From Eledone cirrhosa (taxonomy: Eukaryota), in the NCBI GenBank assembly GCA_964016885.1, contig OZ024742.1, positions 338,272,001-338,336,000 on the forward strand: a DNA stretch of 64,000 nucleotides. Reading direction: 5' to 3'. Both the position numbers and the translations under genes were made by a program. Positions 51,901 through 64,000 of this stretch are shown here, piece after piece; position 1 is the first letter of the stretch; every line of letters begins with the position of its first letter. Under the pieces are notes generated by a model. The model was not told the DNA's origin. It searched no databases and saw only the letters and a list, made by a program, of their open reading frames with translations.

Positions 51901-52914
51901 TAAGGAAATCGTACATGTCATAAGTACAACAAAAACAAAACCCATCGTACGAGAATCTCCAACATCATTCTATATGGCAGGGGGCAGCAAATGAAGGCTA
52001 GGAACAGCTATGCCATACAGGGTACAAGAATCAAGTTTTCTGAATTGTACGTATGACTGGCTGGATGTGTACATCAGGCCTCCTAGGGTCAGCAAAGCAC
52101 ACAGAAATCATCAGAAAGAATGGTTTGAGGCCGGATATCATATTCCATTCAAATTCATCAAAACAGCTGATTTTGATTGAACTGACCATGTCATTTAAAA
52201 GTAGAATAGAAGAAGCACATATGTTCAAGACCGAAGGATACCCCAGTTTGGTCAACAGACTGAGAAATGCCTACTTCCGAGTCAGGATGAGGTGGATCAA
52301 AAGTGGCCTCCATCCCGTTTGAGGGCACAGTGTTTGTATTTTACACAGACTAGGTGAAATAACTGAGTGCGTCTGTCTTGTAGCGGTGGTGGTGATATAG
52401 TTGACACTCCGCCACCATGAATACGTTCAAGATCAAGAAAACGTTTAAATATAAATTTGAAATCAGAGACAACGGAGAGGAGAACCAGCTAGATCCTGTT
52501 AAGAAAATCACAATGCTGTTTAAATACACAGAATGGCTAAATGCCAACAGAAGAGCACCCAGAAGCCATGATGCGCTCTGGCCCTTGTAGAGCGTAAGAA
52601 GTTAAGGGCAGAAGCTCATGCTTGTGGGGTCTGTGAAGCACAGCTCTCCTAAGAGTTTCTTACCACCACCCAGACCCTTCGCCCGACCGCCATTTACATA
52701 ATTCTCTGCCTTACATCTTCACATGTCTGACTCGTTTCTGGGTACACCAAACTATCCTTTTCTCCCACTACATTATGCAATTACCCTTTTTCTCTCTCTC
52801 TCACTTTTCCACCCTTACATTTCATACACGATTCTCCTTTCTTATTACTTCACACTTTCCTCCTTTCTCTTTTTTCTCCCTCACCTTATTTACTGCGGAA
52901 TTATATGTTTATTT

Positions 52915-53112
52915 ACTTCCGCCCGCCATTACATTTCCTTAATTCTCAGGCAAAATATTTTGGTCTGAAATTTTACATCTTTTCACTTCTCACCTTTCTG
53001 ATATAAAGTATCTTTATCTGAAATATATTATCTGTCCCACACGGAACATATGAGATTAACAATAGAGAAATATTTGAATTGAAAAACTATCGGAGGAACA
53101 TACGAAGAAGAG
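52915..53112 (+). promoter_or_regulatory. Putative promoter and first exon for copy 5 (intron 53113-55768)
   Basis: Same motif and donor; acceptor AG ends at 55768. Confidence 0.55.
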
Positions 53113-55088
53113 GTAAGTAATTTTGAAAGAATTTATTTGTGAAATTTTATTAATAAACGTGAATTGTTGGTGATATTCTGTGTAACTTACAACAAATAAA
53201 TATATATGAATAAATAATCTACAAACGATCAACGTGAGAACATCTGTTTAATTAACAAAATTACATTTGTTCCACCTCGACTCTATTTTATCAACATTGG
53301 CCGCCAATTATGTTATCAAACCAACTCCTTTCTCTTCCCAATTGTCCTATATATAGGATATTATATTCTCTTCCAAATTATCGTAGATATATGATATTAT
53401 GTTTAGTATCGTCCTAATTATCTTAGATATACGATATGATATAAATATCAGACATTTGATGGTTAAATTTGTAGAATGGGCAAAGAAAACTCCGGAAGAG
53501 GGACAGATCCGAGGGATAAATGCCTCCTCCCCTCGGAATACGAGGGGGGTTAAGTTAACCCTCGGATCTGTCCTTAGCAGCTTATTTGCAGGTAAGACAC
53601 GCCCTCTCCCAGCCCCAACAAGAACACGGGGATTGAAATGGTAAAGAAAAACTACGTAATGGTAATAAATTCGAAGACCCCTTTCCGCCCTCCATTTTCC
53701 AGGGAAAAAAGTCTTCATGACAACATTAGGGAGGTAAGTTCAATTGATAGAGCACGAAGGAAAAACAAATTATCTCCTACTGAAAACGGTGGGGATATCT
53801 TAATATAGATCTACCCTATATCATTCTAAAATAACAGGAATTATCGGCAAACTATTTTTTTAGCCTGTCACATTCTAATTTAATTTGGTGAGCTAGACCT
53901 CTGACTACGAGGTTCTTGTCACTGTTAGTTTCTCACCTTATTTAATGTATTAAGTGATGTTCACGTGGTTGCCCGGTTATTCTAGCGGTAATACTCCTGT
54001 TTTGTTGACTTGCCTGAAAAGTTATTAGAGGGAAAATTCCAGTCCCTTTTGTGCTGTGTGATTGAGTGCCCTAACCACCCGCCCCTTTATATATTTATAC
54101 ATAAGAATTTGACACGGTTCAGTTTATGCAAACAAAGGAAGCTGATTCCAGAGAGCTGGAACTGGTGCATAGCCCCACAACCCTGACACCGATCACCGCA
54201 GCTCCTTGCACTAGTATTTGGTACTCTCCATCACTGACAGTCCTGTGCCAGCCCTTCATTCTCCAAATGAAGTCGAGCTTCTGGAGATCTTCCTTAATCA
54301 CATCTAGCCATTTTGTGCAGGCCTCTTCCAACCCTCAGCTGCTGCATTAAACGGGAGTAAGGCACTTCTAATATGATCTGGCAGAAGGCAGACGACATGT
54401 GTACCAACGCATGCAGCAGATGTCTCTGAGAGAGGGGGGTTGCAGGCTGATATGTGTGTGTGCATGCAACTGTTGATCCTTTTTGTGAGGGGCTACGTTT
54501 CTGTTCCATAGTGAACAGACCGAAGCATTGTAGATATGGAGCTTCGTCTTCCAGAACATAGAGCAGTGGTATGAGGCTTCTGTAGGGAATGCATAAACCC
54601 GATGGCTAGATCACATCTGCATATGGGGTCAGGTCTCCAATGTTGGTGATTGTGGAGTCCAGGTAAATGTAGGAGCTGATGAACTCCACAATGCTGGGGC
54701 CAGTATGAAGCAGGGGAGGGTGTGGTTCTTCGTCCAGTTCACCTGAAGGCCAAACTTTGCCAATTTCTTCCTGAACCGCTTGATCGAGTTGGTGAAAGCA
54801 ATGCCAGAAACTTGTTCACAGACCTTGGTCATAAGATAGTCGATCTCACCGTTGAAGAGATTAGGGGCAAACATGCCCTTTCTGAAACTGCTGTTGACGG
54901 GGACCCAGATGGAGTCCTTCCCGTTCATCCACATGCAACTCTTGGCACTGCTATAGAACCATTGGAGCAGGGTGGTGTGCCGATGAGGCTGAGAATTTTC
55001 AATAGGGATGCGTGGTCGTCCATGTCAAAAACTGCGTTATGTCAGCGAAAGAAACATATAGGCACTGATGTTTGCGGAATTCTCAAAG

Positions 55089-55659
55089 TCTATTAATAAT
55101 GAAACGGAAGATTGAAATGTGGGTGGTGGTAGATCAATTTCACATGAATCTGGCTTGTTGTACTCAACTTTTTCTTCTCCTAGGCCCCGCATTAGTGAAA
55201 AACTGTGTTTTTAAAGATTTTTAGGGCTTTTCTGAGGCGTTACGTCAGACCGATTCCCTTGAAATTGTAACTATGTATTAGTCAGTCTCTTCTTCATACC
55301 GTAAGCAAAGAAAATCCAACTTTCTTATGGCCTAGGGTCCGCATTAGGGGAACAACTTCATTTTTTTCAGCTTTTTAAGGCTTTTTTGAGGCATTAAATC
55401 TAGCCGATTCTCCCCAAATTTCAAGGCATATTATGCACATAAAAAAAATACATTTTCTGGATCCCCCAGGGCCCGCATTAGGTGAAAACCTGTATTTTTC
55501 CTGCTTCATTGAGGAAAATCTTAAAGATTATCCCGCCATCAGAGTATTCGGTTTATTTTCTTTACATATTGTCCAGGTATGCAGTTTTTCCACGATTAGG
55601 TCTTGGTGGCCCACGTTCCAAAATACCTTATCCAGTGCAACGCAGGGTACCACTGCTAG
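55089..55659 (+). mobile_element. Same non-autonomous Helitron in the intron of copy 5
   Basis: Near-identical to 44231-44801. Confidence 0.6.
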
Positions 55660-55909
55660 TTATGTATATATTACCATGACTGTAGTCAAGACACTTTTCT
55701 CTAATGACTTATAATGTGTCAACAGTGAAAATATCCCTAATATTTTATTCTCTCTTTATATATTTCAGATTATCTGAAACTGTTTCTTTACAACTGAAAC
55801 ATCTTCAGACTTTCACAAAGATAACAGTTGAAGAAAATATAGTCTTGAAAATATTTTGTGAAAAATTCAAGAAGAAAAGTAATTTTCTGTTTTGTAAAGA
55901 ATATTTGAA

Positions 55910-57691
55910 ATGATGGAGAAAAAAGCATACCATTGTGTTACCTGTGGTCAATCTTTCCATTCTAATTCTTCTTTACGAAGCCATAAACATATTCACAATG
56001 GTAGAAGACAATTCCGTTGTGATATCTGTGGTAAAATATGCCCTAGTAATTCTTCTTTAACTATACACAAACGTAGTCACACTGGAGAAAAACCATGCCA
56101 GTGTGAATTCTGTGAGAAAACCTTCTATGATAATTCTTCTTTAACTAAACACAAACATATTCACACTGGAGAAAAACCATACCATTGTGAAATCTGTGGT
56201 AAAGCTTTCTCTCAGAGAATTAATTTATTAACTCATTCTCGTAGTCACACAGGAGAAAAACCATACCACTGTGATATCTGTGGTAAAACATTTTCAAAAA
56301 AATATTATATAACTACACACAAACGTATTCATACAGGAGAGAAACCATACCATTGTGATATTTGTGGTAAAACATTTTCTACAAAGCATCAAATAATTGG
56401 ACACAAGTATACCCACACAGGAGAACAACCATTTGAATGTGATATCTGTGGTAAAACATTTTCCAGTAAGAACACTTTAACGTACCATAAACATATTCAT
56501 ACAGGAGAAAAACCATACAAATGTGAGACATGTGGTAAGAGTTTTGCACTGAGTCAGTATTTATCTAACCACAAACTTATACATACAGGAGTGAAGCCAT
56601 ACCACTGTGATATTTGTGGTAAGACATTCCGTCTAAATAGACAGTTATTACTACACAAACGTATCCACACAGGCGAGAAGCCACACCACTGTGATATCTG
56701 TGGTAAAGCCTTCAGTTTTTCTGGTCATTTAACAATACACAAACGTACTCACACTGGAGAGAAACCATTTCGTTGTGATATCTGTGGTAAGTCAGCCACA
56801 ACTAGTTCTGATTTAGCCAAACACAAACTTGTTCATACTGGAGATAAACTATATCCTTGTGATATCTGTGGTAACAACTTTTCTACTAATGGTAGTTTAA
56901 CCGCACACAAACGTATTCACACAGGTGAGAAGCCATACCATTGTGATATCTGTGGTAAAACATTCACTCACTTGAGTTCTGTTTCATCTCATAAACGTGT
57001 TCATACTGGACAAAGACAATATCCTTGTAATATCTGTGGTAAAATATTAACAACTGGTAATTCTTTGTCTATCCACCAAAATATTCACACAGGAGAGAAG
57101 CCACACCAATGCGATATCTGTGGTAAAGCATTTTCTCAAAATAGTAATTTATTGAGGCATAAACGTCTTCACACAGGATTAAAACCACATCACTGTGATA
57201 TCTGTAGTAAGACCTTCTCTGATAGTGGTTCCTTGAAAATACACACCCGTTCTCACACAGGAGAGAAGCCATGCCGGTGTGATATCTGTGGTAAATCATT
57301 CTCTCGAAACAGTCATTTGTTGAACCATAAACGTATTCACACAGGAGAGAAACCATATCACTGTGATATCTGTGGTAAGTCATTCTCAACTATTGGTTCT
57401 TTAGCCCAACACAAAACTATTCATAGTGGAGATAAACCATACCCTTGTGATATCTGTGGTAAATATTATTCTACTAATATTATTTTAACTAGACACAAAC
57501 TTATTCACACGGGAGAGAAGCCATATCATTGTGTTATATGTGGTAAAACGTTCTGTGACCCGAGTTCTCTTTCATCTCATAAACATATTCATACTGGACA
57601 TACTAGAGAAAAACATCATTGTAATATCTGTGGTAAAACATTCACAGCTAGTCATACTTTATCTAAACACCAAACTATTCACACAGGATAG
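55910..57691 (+). CDS. Poly-C2H2 zinc-finger protein, copy 5 (21 fingers), ending at the in-frame TAG; post-stop tail to 58144
   Basis: 593-aa ORF 10858 bp downstream of copy 4; TAG at 57689-57691. Confidence 0.93.
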   Translation: MMEKKAYHCVTCGQSFHSNSSLRSHKHIHNGRRQFRCDICGKICPSNSSLTIHKRSHTGEKPCQCEFCEKTFYDNSSLTKHKHIHTGEKPYHCEICGKAFSQRINLLTHSRSHTGEKPYHCDICGKTFSKKYYITTHKRIHTGEKPYHCDICGKTFSTKHQIIGHKYTHTGEQPFECDICGKTFSSKNTLTYHKHIHTGEKPYKCETCGKSFALSQYLSNHKLIHTGVKPYHCDICGKTFRLNRQLLLHKRIHTGEKPHHCDICGKAFSFSGHLTIHKRTHTGEKPFRCDICGKSATTSSDLAKHKLVHTGDKLYPCDICGNNFSTNGSLTAHKRIHTGEKPYHCDICGKTFTHLSSVSSHKRVHTGQRQYPCNICGKILTTGNSLSIHQNIHTGEKPHQCDICGKAFSQNSNLLRHKRLHTGLKPHHCDICSKTFSDSGSLKIHTRSHTGEKPCRCDICGKSFSRNSHLLNHKRIHTGEKPYHCDICGKSFSTIGSLAQHKTIHSGDKPYPCDICGKYYSTNIILTRHKLIHTGEKPYHCVICGKTFCDPSSLSSHKHIHTGHTREKHHCNICGKTFTASHTLSKHQTIHTG

Positions 57692-59287
57692 AAGCCACAC
57701 CAATGTGATATCTGTGGTAAAGCATTTTCTCGAAACAGTAGTTTGTGGACACATAAGCGTCTTCACACAGGAAAGAAACCGTACTATTGTGACTTCTGTC
57801 GTAAGACCTTTTCTTGTAGTAGCGCTTTGATACAACTCATCCGTTCTTACACAGGAGAGAAACCATATCAGTATGATATCTGTGGTAAATCATTCTCTCA
57901 AAGTAGTGATTTATTGAACCATAAACGTATTCACACAGGAGAGAAACCATACCCTTGTGATATCAGTGATAAAACATTCACTCACCTGAGTAATCTTTCA
58001 TCTCAGAAACATATTCATGCTGGACACACTGAAGGAAGACGATATCATTGTAATATCTGTGACAAATCATTCTCTCAAAATCGTCATTTATTAAACCATA
58101 AACGTATTCACAAATGTAATAAATCTAAAAAGACACTGAACTGAGAGGAATAAAGTGAACACACTCCAAACTCTGTCACAGACATGTTTTCACTTCTCTC
58201 TGCTTTTTCTACCACAACTCCAGTGGCCTCTGTTCCTCATAGGTGGCTACTTTTGTAACAACTCTACTGAAGTTCTAACGTACTTAAGTCACATGTCACT
58301 TCCGATATTGCCTGCCAATACTAACTACTTACAGTGTATAATCAACATCATTTTCCATTGACTGTTCTATGCTGGCATGGTTTGGATGGGACTTTTTGAG
58401 GCAATGTTTTACAGCTACCAATTTTTGAGTCACTTCCTATGGCATGCGGGTATATGGTCTACATATTCTAAACCGGATACACTAATTTTGTCACTGTTGT
58501 GTAATGTTTTTTTAATTATTTTGAATAAAAACCACCTGATCGCCTATAGATCCAGGGAGCATTCTAGTCAGATAGATTTTATCCTTATCAGAGGACGTGA
58601 TAAATGAATGGTTGTAAAGACGAAAGCCTTCCTCGGTGAGGAATGTGCTTCCCAACAGAATTTAGTAGTCAACGACCTCATTGTCAGAGCTAGACAAATT
58701 TGGAAACAGAAGACAACATGGAGAAGAAAGGTCTGGAAGCTGAAAGAGCCATAACCACGTGTATTGTAAATGAAGAAATACTAGATGGTGTCGTACTGAA
58801 TGATAGGTGCAGCAGCATCATTGTCAACTGCTACAAGTGTAAAGGAGACGTACTAGATAGAGGCATCAAGGTAATGAACCAGATCTTGAAAGTAATAGAG
58901 AGAGTTATTGCACAACTGATTAGGGACCGGGTAAATCTAGACGAGATGCAATTCAGATTTGTACAGGCAAAAGCATCACAGATGCTCTCTGCTTTGTGAG
59001 ACAGTTACAGGAAAAGTAACAAGCTAAAAGTAAGCCGCTCTACCTGGCATTTGTCGACCTGGAAAAAGTATTCGACAGAGTGACCTGTGCCGTATTCTGG
59101 TGGGCCCTTAGAAAACTAGGAGTAGATGAGTTGCTTGTGAAAGCAGTACAAGCCATGTATAGGAGAGCAGTTAGCAAAGTTAGGATTAACACTGAATTTA
59201 GTGAGAAATTTAGCGTACAGGATGGCGTCCATCAGAGCTGTGTTCTTAGACCTTTCCTGTTTATCATACTACAGGCTGTAACAGGAG

Positions 59288-59840
59288 AGTAGTGACCTAC
59301 ATTCCGCGGGCTCACATACACTCTCTGTGCGTGATTTGGCTCAGTTCAGCCAATCAGCGCCAGTAGAAGAGGATGTATCCCTACGCGCCCTGAGGAAGAA
59401 ATTCCCCGCGAAGATTTGAAGAATCTCGCTCTTGTACCAGAAACTTCAAGCCAGCAACACGCATAATGTAGCAGTGAGATATTGCACCCCTAGCCTCGCC
59501 GGCTTAACGGCGCAATGGCACATTCCCTTTTGTAACCTCTTTTTATCTGTAACTTCAACCATATAAATAAACAAACATTTCATCTCTAATTACTGCGGTT
59601 GAAGTTGTTATTATGTTACTCGTGTCTCAATAACATCTTTAATCCATGCTGCCGGAATTGGCGACCTGACGAAAGGAATATTGTAAATAGATGGTAAATA
59701 GATCGAGGGACCTTCCCTCACGTCTATGTCAACAAGATAATCCAACGAGGCTACTATCACTTACCACACTGGCAACTAACGACCACTGATTCTACCACCC
59801 TGCTAAAGTGGCGATAACATCTATAACCAATAACTGCTAA
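59288..59840. mobile_element. Same 553-bp insertion in unit 5
   Basis: Identical position and TSD as 48430-48982. Confidence 0.6.
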
Positions 59841-62800
59841 AGGAGTTTAAGACAGGCAGCCCATGGGAACTCCTGTATGTGGATGATCTTACAGACATAG
59901 TAGAATCTATAGTGGAACTAGAGAAGAAATTCGAAACATGGAAGCAGTGCCTTGAAAGAAGGGATCTTAAAGTCTACTTGACAAAGACTAAGGTCCTAGT
60001 AAGTAGAAGAGAAAACAGATCAGTGATCTCGTCAGGGAAATGGCCTTGCTTTATATGTAGGTACGGATTCCATCTGTCCCAAATGCAAACTGGGTATACG
60101 AGAGATGTAGTGGGATCTGAAGAAGTTTAGCTAAGAATGTAGGCTTTACATGTAGCAGTTGCACTGGGTCAATGAGCAGCAAAAGACCATAGGAAACAAA
60201 CGTTATCAAATTCTGGGAAGGCTCAGAAGTAACAGTAGACAGCTTCTGCTACCTGGGTGACCAAATTAGCAGTGGAGGTGTATTCTCACTCAGTGGTAAT
60301 TATTCAAGTAAAATGTCCATTTATCATTTGTGATTGAATAGTGTGTTATTGGCTACCAAGATAATACAGATTATGGTTGCCTACCAATTTGAAATAATAC
60401 ACAGAAATGAACCAGGTCTTGAAAGTAATAGAGAGAGTTGTTGCATAACTGATTAGGGACCGGGTAAATCTAGACGAGATGCAATTTGGATTTGTACAGG
60501 CAAAAGCATCGCAGATGCTCTCTGCTTTGTGAGACAGTTACAGGATAAGTACCAAGCTAAAAGTAACCCGCTCTACCTGGCATTTGTCGACCTTATTCAA
60601 GTAAAATGTCCATTGATCGTTTGTGATTGAATAGTGTGTTATTGGCTACCAAGATAATACAGATTATGGATGCCTACCAACTGGAAATAATACACAGAAA
60701 TGTATTGATGTCAAGTGAGATCTGATGGGCAAATACATTTAATGGATGGCTTCTTGACGAAAAAGTCGTTATAGCTGATGAATGGTAAATCATTAAATGG
60801 TGATTTTTGAATATCAAGCCAAATTTGCAAACTACAATTTCTAAAACATACTAAAATATCCAAATATGGTCCATGTAGTGGATAGATGTATTCTTTTCAG
60901 GATGAAAATTCACTTATTGGTACATTGAATATTAAGTAATAAAATTGTGACATCAATTATCACTACATTATTTTCTTACTAACTACTTCGAGCTAGCGTG
61001 TATGCATGTATCAATAAAACGATACAATAGAAGTGAAATGACAGGAAGCCGAAAGGATAGATAAATTGTAGTAGTGAAATATATAATGAAACCTACTATG
61101 TGTGTGTGTTTGTTTATCCTTAGTTTACGTTGCTCCTGTAGTTGGTCAATCTGCTGAGCTGGTATGAAATGTGAGAGCCTGTAAGGCTAGGAGAGAGAAA
61201 GAGTAAAAGGTCTGTAGATAGTGAATGGCTACATTGTTAACCTCTCACAGACTGCTACTTCAGAGTCTCTCTGGTGGACACTAAGTACTTGTATTTATAA
61301 TAACCCTATAGCTAGAAGGATGTGTATATGAGTAGCCATGTGTGTTTCATCTGTCAAGAACCTGGGGTCACAGGTCAAGTGGCATATAAGTTTATCATAT
61401 GTTTATCTCTTCACAGGACAATGGTGGGAACTCCCAACAATAGGTGGTTTTAGAGGTGAGAACCCTCAGATTCGGTTCCGAATCTTTGCCAGGTAAAATA
61501 TGGGAGTATTCCGTTACAGTCAAAATATACAGAAAAGTCAAATTGTACCAACTTTGGCAGCACTGCTTGACAGGCAACAGTTGCAGCCGTAGGTCAATTC
61601 TAATCCAGTAGATTTATAACAAACATAATCAGTTGAATGACTACATTTGTTCCTCCTATACAGTGACTCTATTTAGTCTGTGATGCAGCATAGCAGTCTG
61701 GGCATGTACTTTTATCACTGTCCAGTATATTTCCTCTGCAGTTAACTATTTATGTTGTACTCCCTATGAGACTAGAGATGCTGTCTTACATGACTGAGTT
61801 TGCTGTCTTTTGTAAATAGATCATGGCAACATAAAGGAAAAAGACAGTTTCATTATTTGAATACTTTTCTTATTGAAATGTAGAATATAAAATTAAGAGA
61901 AAAATACTTCAATTACTGAAAATGAAACTTAAACTTCAGAATAATCAATAGAGTTAAAGTGTATATGGGGGGAGATGAAGGAAGATGTAGAGAAATAGTT
62001 GAAAGATTATATTAGAAGTAAATGATTCAATATGTCTTGCCATTAAGACTTGATAATTTGTCCAAGGTGGTTCAACTAGTCATGTTCCGAATAATCAACT
62101 GAGCGATGCTGCAAATGTATGTTTGCAGTTTCCTCATGTGATTCTTTCGCCACTAAAGAGTACACAGCAGTCTGTATAAGTTGGAGGTTGGCATAAGAAT
62201 GGGCAATCTCACCTACACTGTGTTGGCAATGGAGGTCATCCTGAAGGTAGCAATGTGTTGGTCAGGTACAGCAGTGCTTGGAGAGGGATTTCGAATGGAT
62301 CCTCTAAAAGCCTTCATGGACGACACTACAGTCCTTGCCACAAAGGAAGATGAAACACGTAGGGTATTGGAACAGTTGACTAAGGTAGTTGAATCTTCCA
62401 GAATGAGGTTGAAACAAAAAAAATCCCTTACAATCAAAGAAATAATGAGAAGCACTCAGGCCAATAGGCAAGGACTGGCTGTATAAAAATGGAATGGTCG
62501 TTAAAGGTCAGTGGACAGATGAGGAGAGGTCTAATTAGAGAATTCCAGACGCCAGTACAGCAGAGCCAACAGGGTCTGGATGGTTTGTGGCATAAGGCAG
62601 AATCAGAATCATTTTGAACATGAATTTAGTGAAGTGGGGTTAATCAGATAGACCCGAGTACACACTCTGCCAGGGTAGACAGACGGTGGAACACATTCTG
62701 AGCTCATGCAGAGTAGTACTAGCCCAAGGTAGATGCATGTGGAGATACAATTAAGTAGTTAAGGAAATCGTACATGTCATAAGTACAACAAAAACAAAAC

Positions 62801-63773
62801 CCATTGTACGAGAATCTCCAACATCATTCTATATGGCAGGAGGCAGCAAATGAAGGCTAGGAACAGCTATGCCATACAGGGTACAAGAATCAAGTTTTCT
62901 GAATTGTACGTATGACTGGCTGGATGTGTACATCAGGCCTCCTAGGGTCAGCAAAGCAAACAGAAATCATCAGAAAGAATGGTTTGAGGCCGGATATCAT
63001 ATTCCATTCAAATTCATCAAAACAGCTGATTTTGATTGAACTGACCATGTCATTTAAAAGTAGAATAGAAGAAGCACATATGTTCAAGACCGAAGGATAC
63101 CCCAGTTTGGTCAACAGACTGAGAAATGCCTACTTCCGAGTCAGGATGAGGTGGATCAAAAGTGGCCTCCATCCCGTTTGAGGGCACAGTGTTTGTATTT
63201 TACACAGACTAGGTGAAATAACTGAGTGCGTCTGTCTTGTAGCGGTGGTGGTGATATAGTTGACACTCCGCCACCATGAATACGTTCAAGATCAAGAAAA
63301 CGTTTAAATATAAATTTGAAATCAGAGACAACGGAGAGGAGAACCAGCTAGATCCTGTTAAGAAAATCACAATGCTGTTTAAATACACAGAATGGCTAAA
63401 TGCCAACAGAAGAGCACCCAGAAGCCATGATGCGCTCTGGCCCTTGTAGAGCGTAAGAAGTTAAGGGCAGAAGCTCATGCTTGTGGGGTCTGTGAAGCAC
63501 AGCTCTCCTAAGAGTTTCTTACCACCACCCAGACCCTTCGCCCGACCGCCATTTACATAATTCTCTGCCTTACATCTTCACATGTCTGACTCGTTTCTGG
63601 GTACACCAAACTATCCTTTTCTCCCACTACATTATGCAATTACCCTTTTTCTCTCTCTCTCACTTTTCCACCCTTACATTTCATACACGATTCTCCTTTC
63701 TTATTACTTCACACTTTCCTCCTTTCTCTTTTTTCTCCCTCACCTTATTTACTGCGGAATTATATGTTTATTT

Positions 63774-63971
63774 ACTTCCGCCCGCCATTACATTTCCTTA
63801 ATTCTCAGGCAAAATATTTTGGTCTGAAATTTTACATCTTTTCACTTCTCACCTTTCTGATATAAAGTATCTTTATCTGAAATATATTATCTGTCCCACA
63901 CGGAACATATGAGATTAACAATAGAGAAATATTTGAATTGAAAAACTATCGGAGGAACATACGAAGAAGAG
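63774..63971 (+). promoter_or_regulatory. Putative promoter and first exon of a sixth copy lying beyond the window
   Basis: Same motif and GAG|GTAAGT at 63971/63972. Confidence 0.5.
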
Positions 63972-64000
63972 GTAAGTAATTTTGAAAGAATTTATTTGTG

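Larger units (their letters stand above)
1500..64000 (+). repeat. Tandem segmental duplication array of a ~10-11 kb ZNF-containing unit (5 genes plus the start of a 6th)
   Basis: ATG spacing is 22854, 9982, 10489 and 10858 bp; the same flanking ORF fragments recur in the same order. Confidence 0.95.

Overview
AT-rich, repeat-dense eukaryotic DNA. The SINE/RTE tails and the large effector-less poly-zinc-finger genes resemble coleoid cephalopod (octopus-like) genomes, which is an inference. The window is a head-to-tail tandem array of a roughly 10-11 kb unit. It holds five C2H2 zinc-finger genes on the + strand (ATGs at 1727, 24581, 34563, 45052 and 55910) plus the putative promoter and first exon of a sixth at the right edge. 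Each unit runs: putative ETS/YY1-type promoter, short non-coding exon 1, TE-filled intron, a single coding exon with 20-21 fingers, a cut-off tail of 5-6 more fingers, AATAAA, a decayed RTE LINE, then a decayed Hero/NeSL-like RLE retrotransposon. Four copies are cut by the same in-frame UAG in a TGEKP linker (GAG>TAG), and the frame stays open beyond it. Copy 2 keeps GAG but is cut one finger earlier by an independent frameshift. Copy-specific insertions include CR1 fragments, a composite Tx1/L1 dimer, a Gypsy-like element, non-autonomous Helitrons, SINEs and a 553-bp LTR-like insert. The paralogs are mosaic and differ mostly in their DNA-recognition helices. All calls were made by eye, so TE clade labels and boundaries are approximate.
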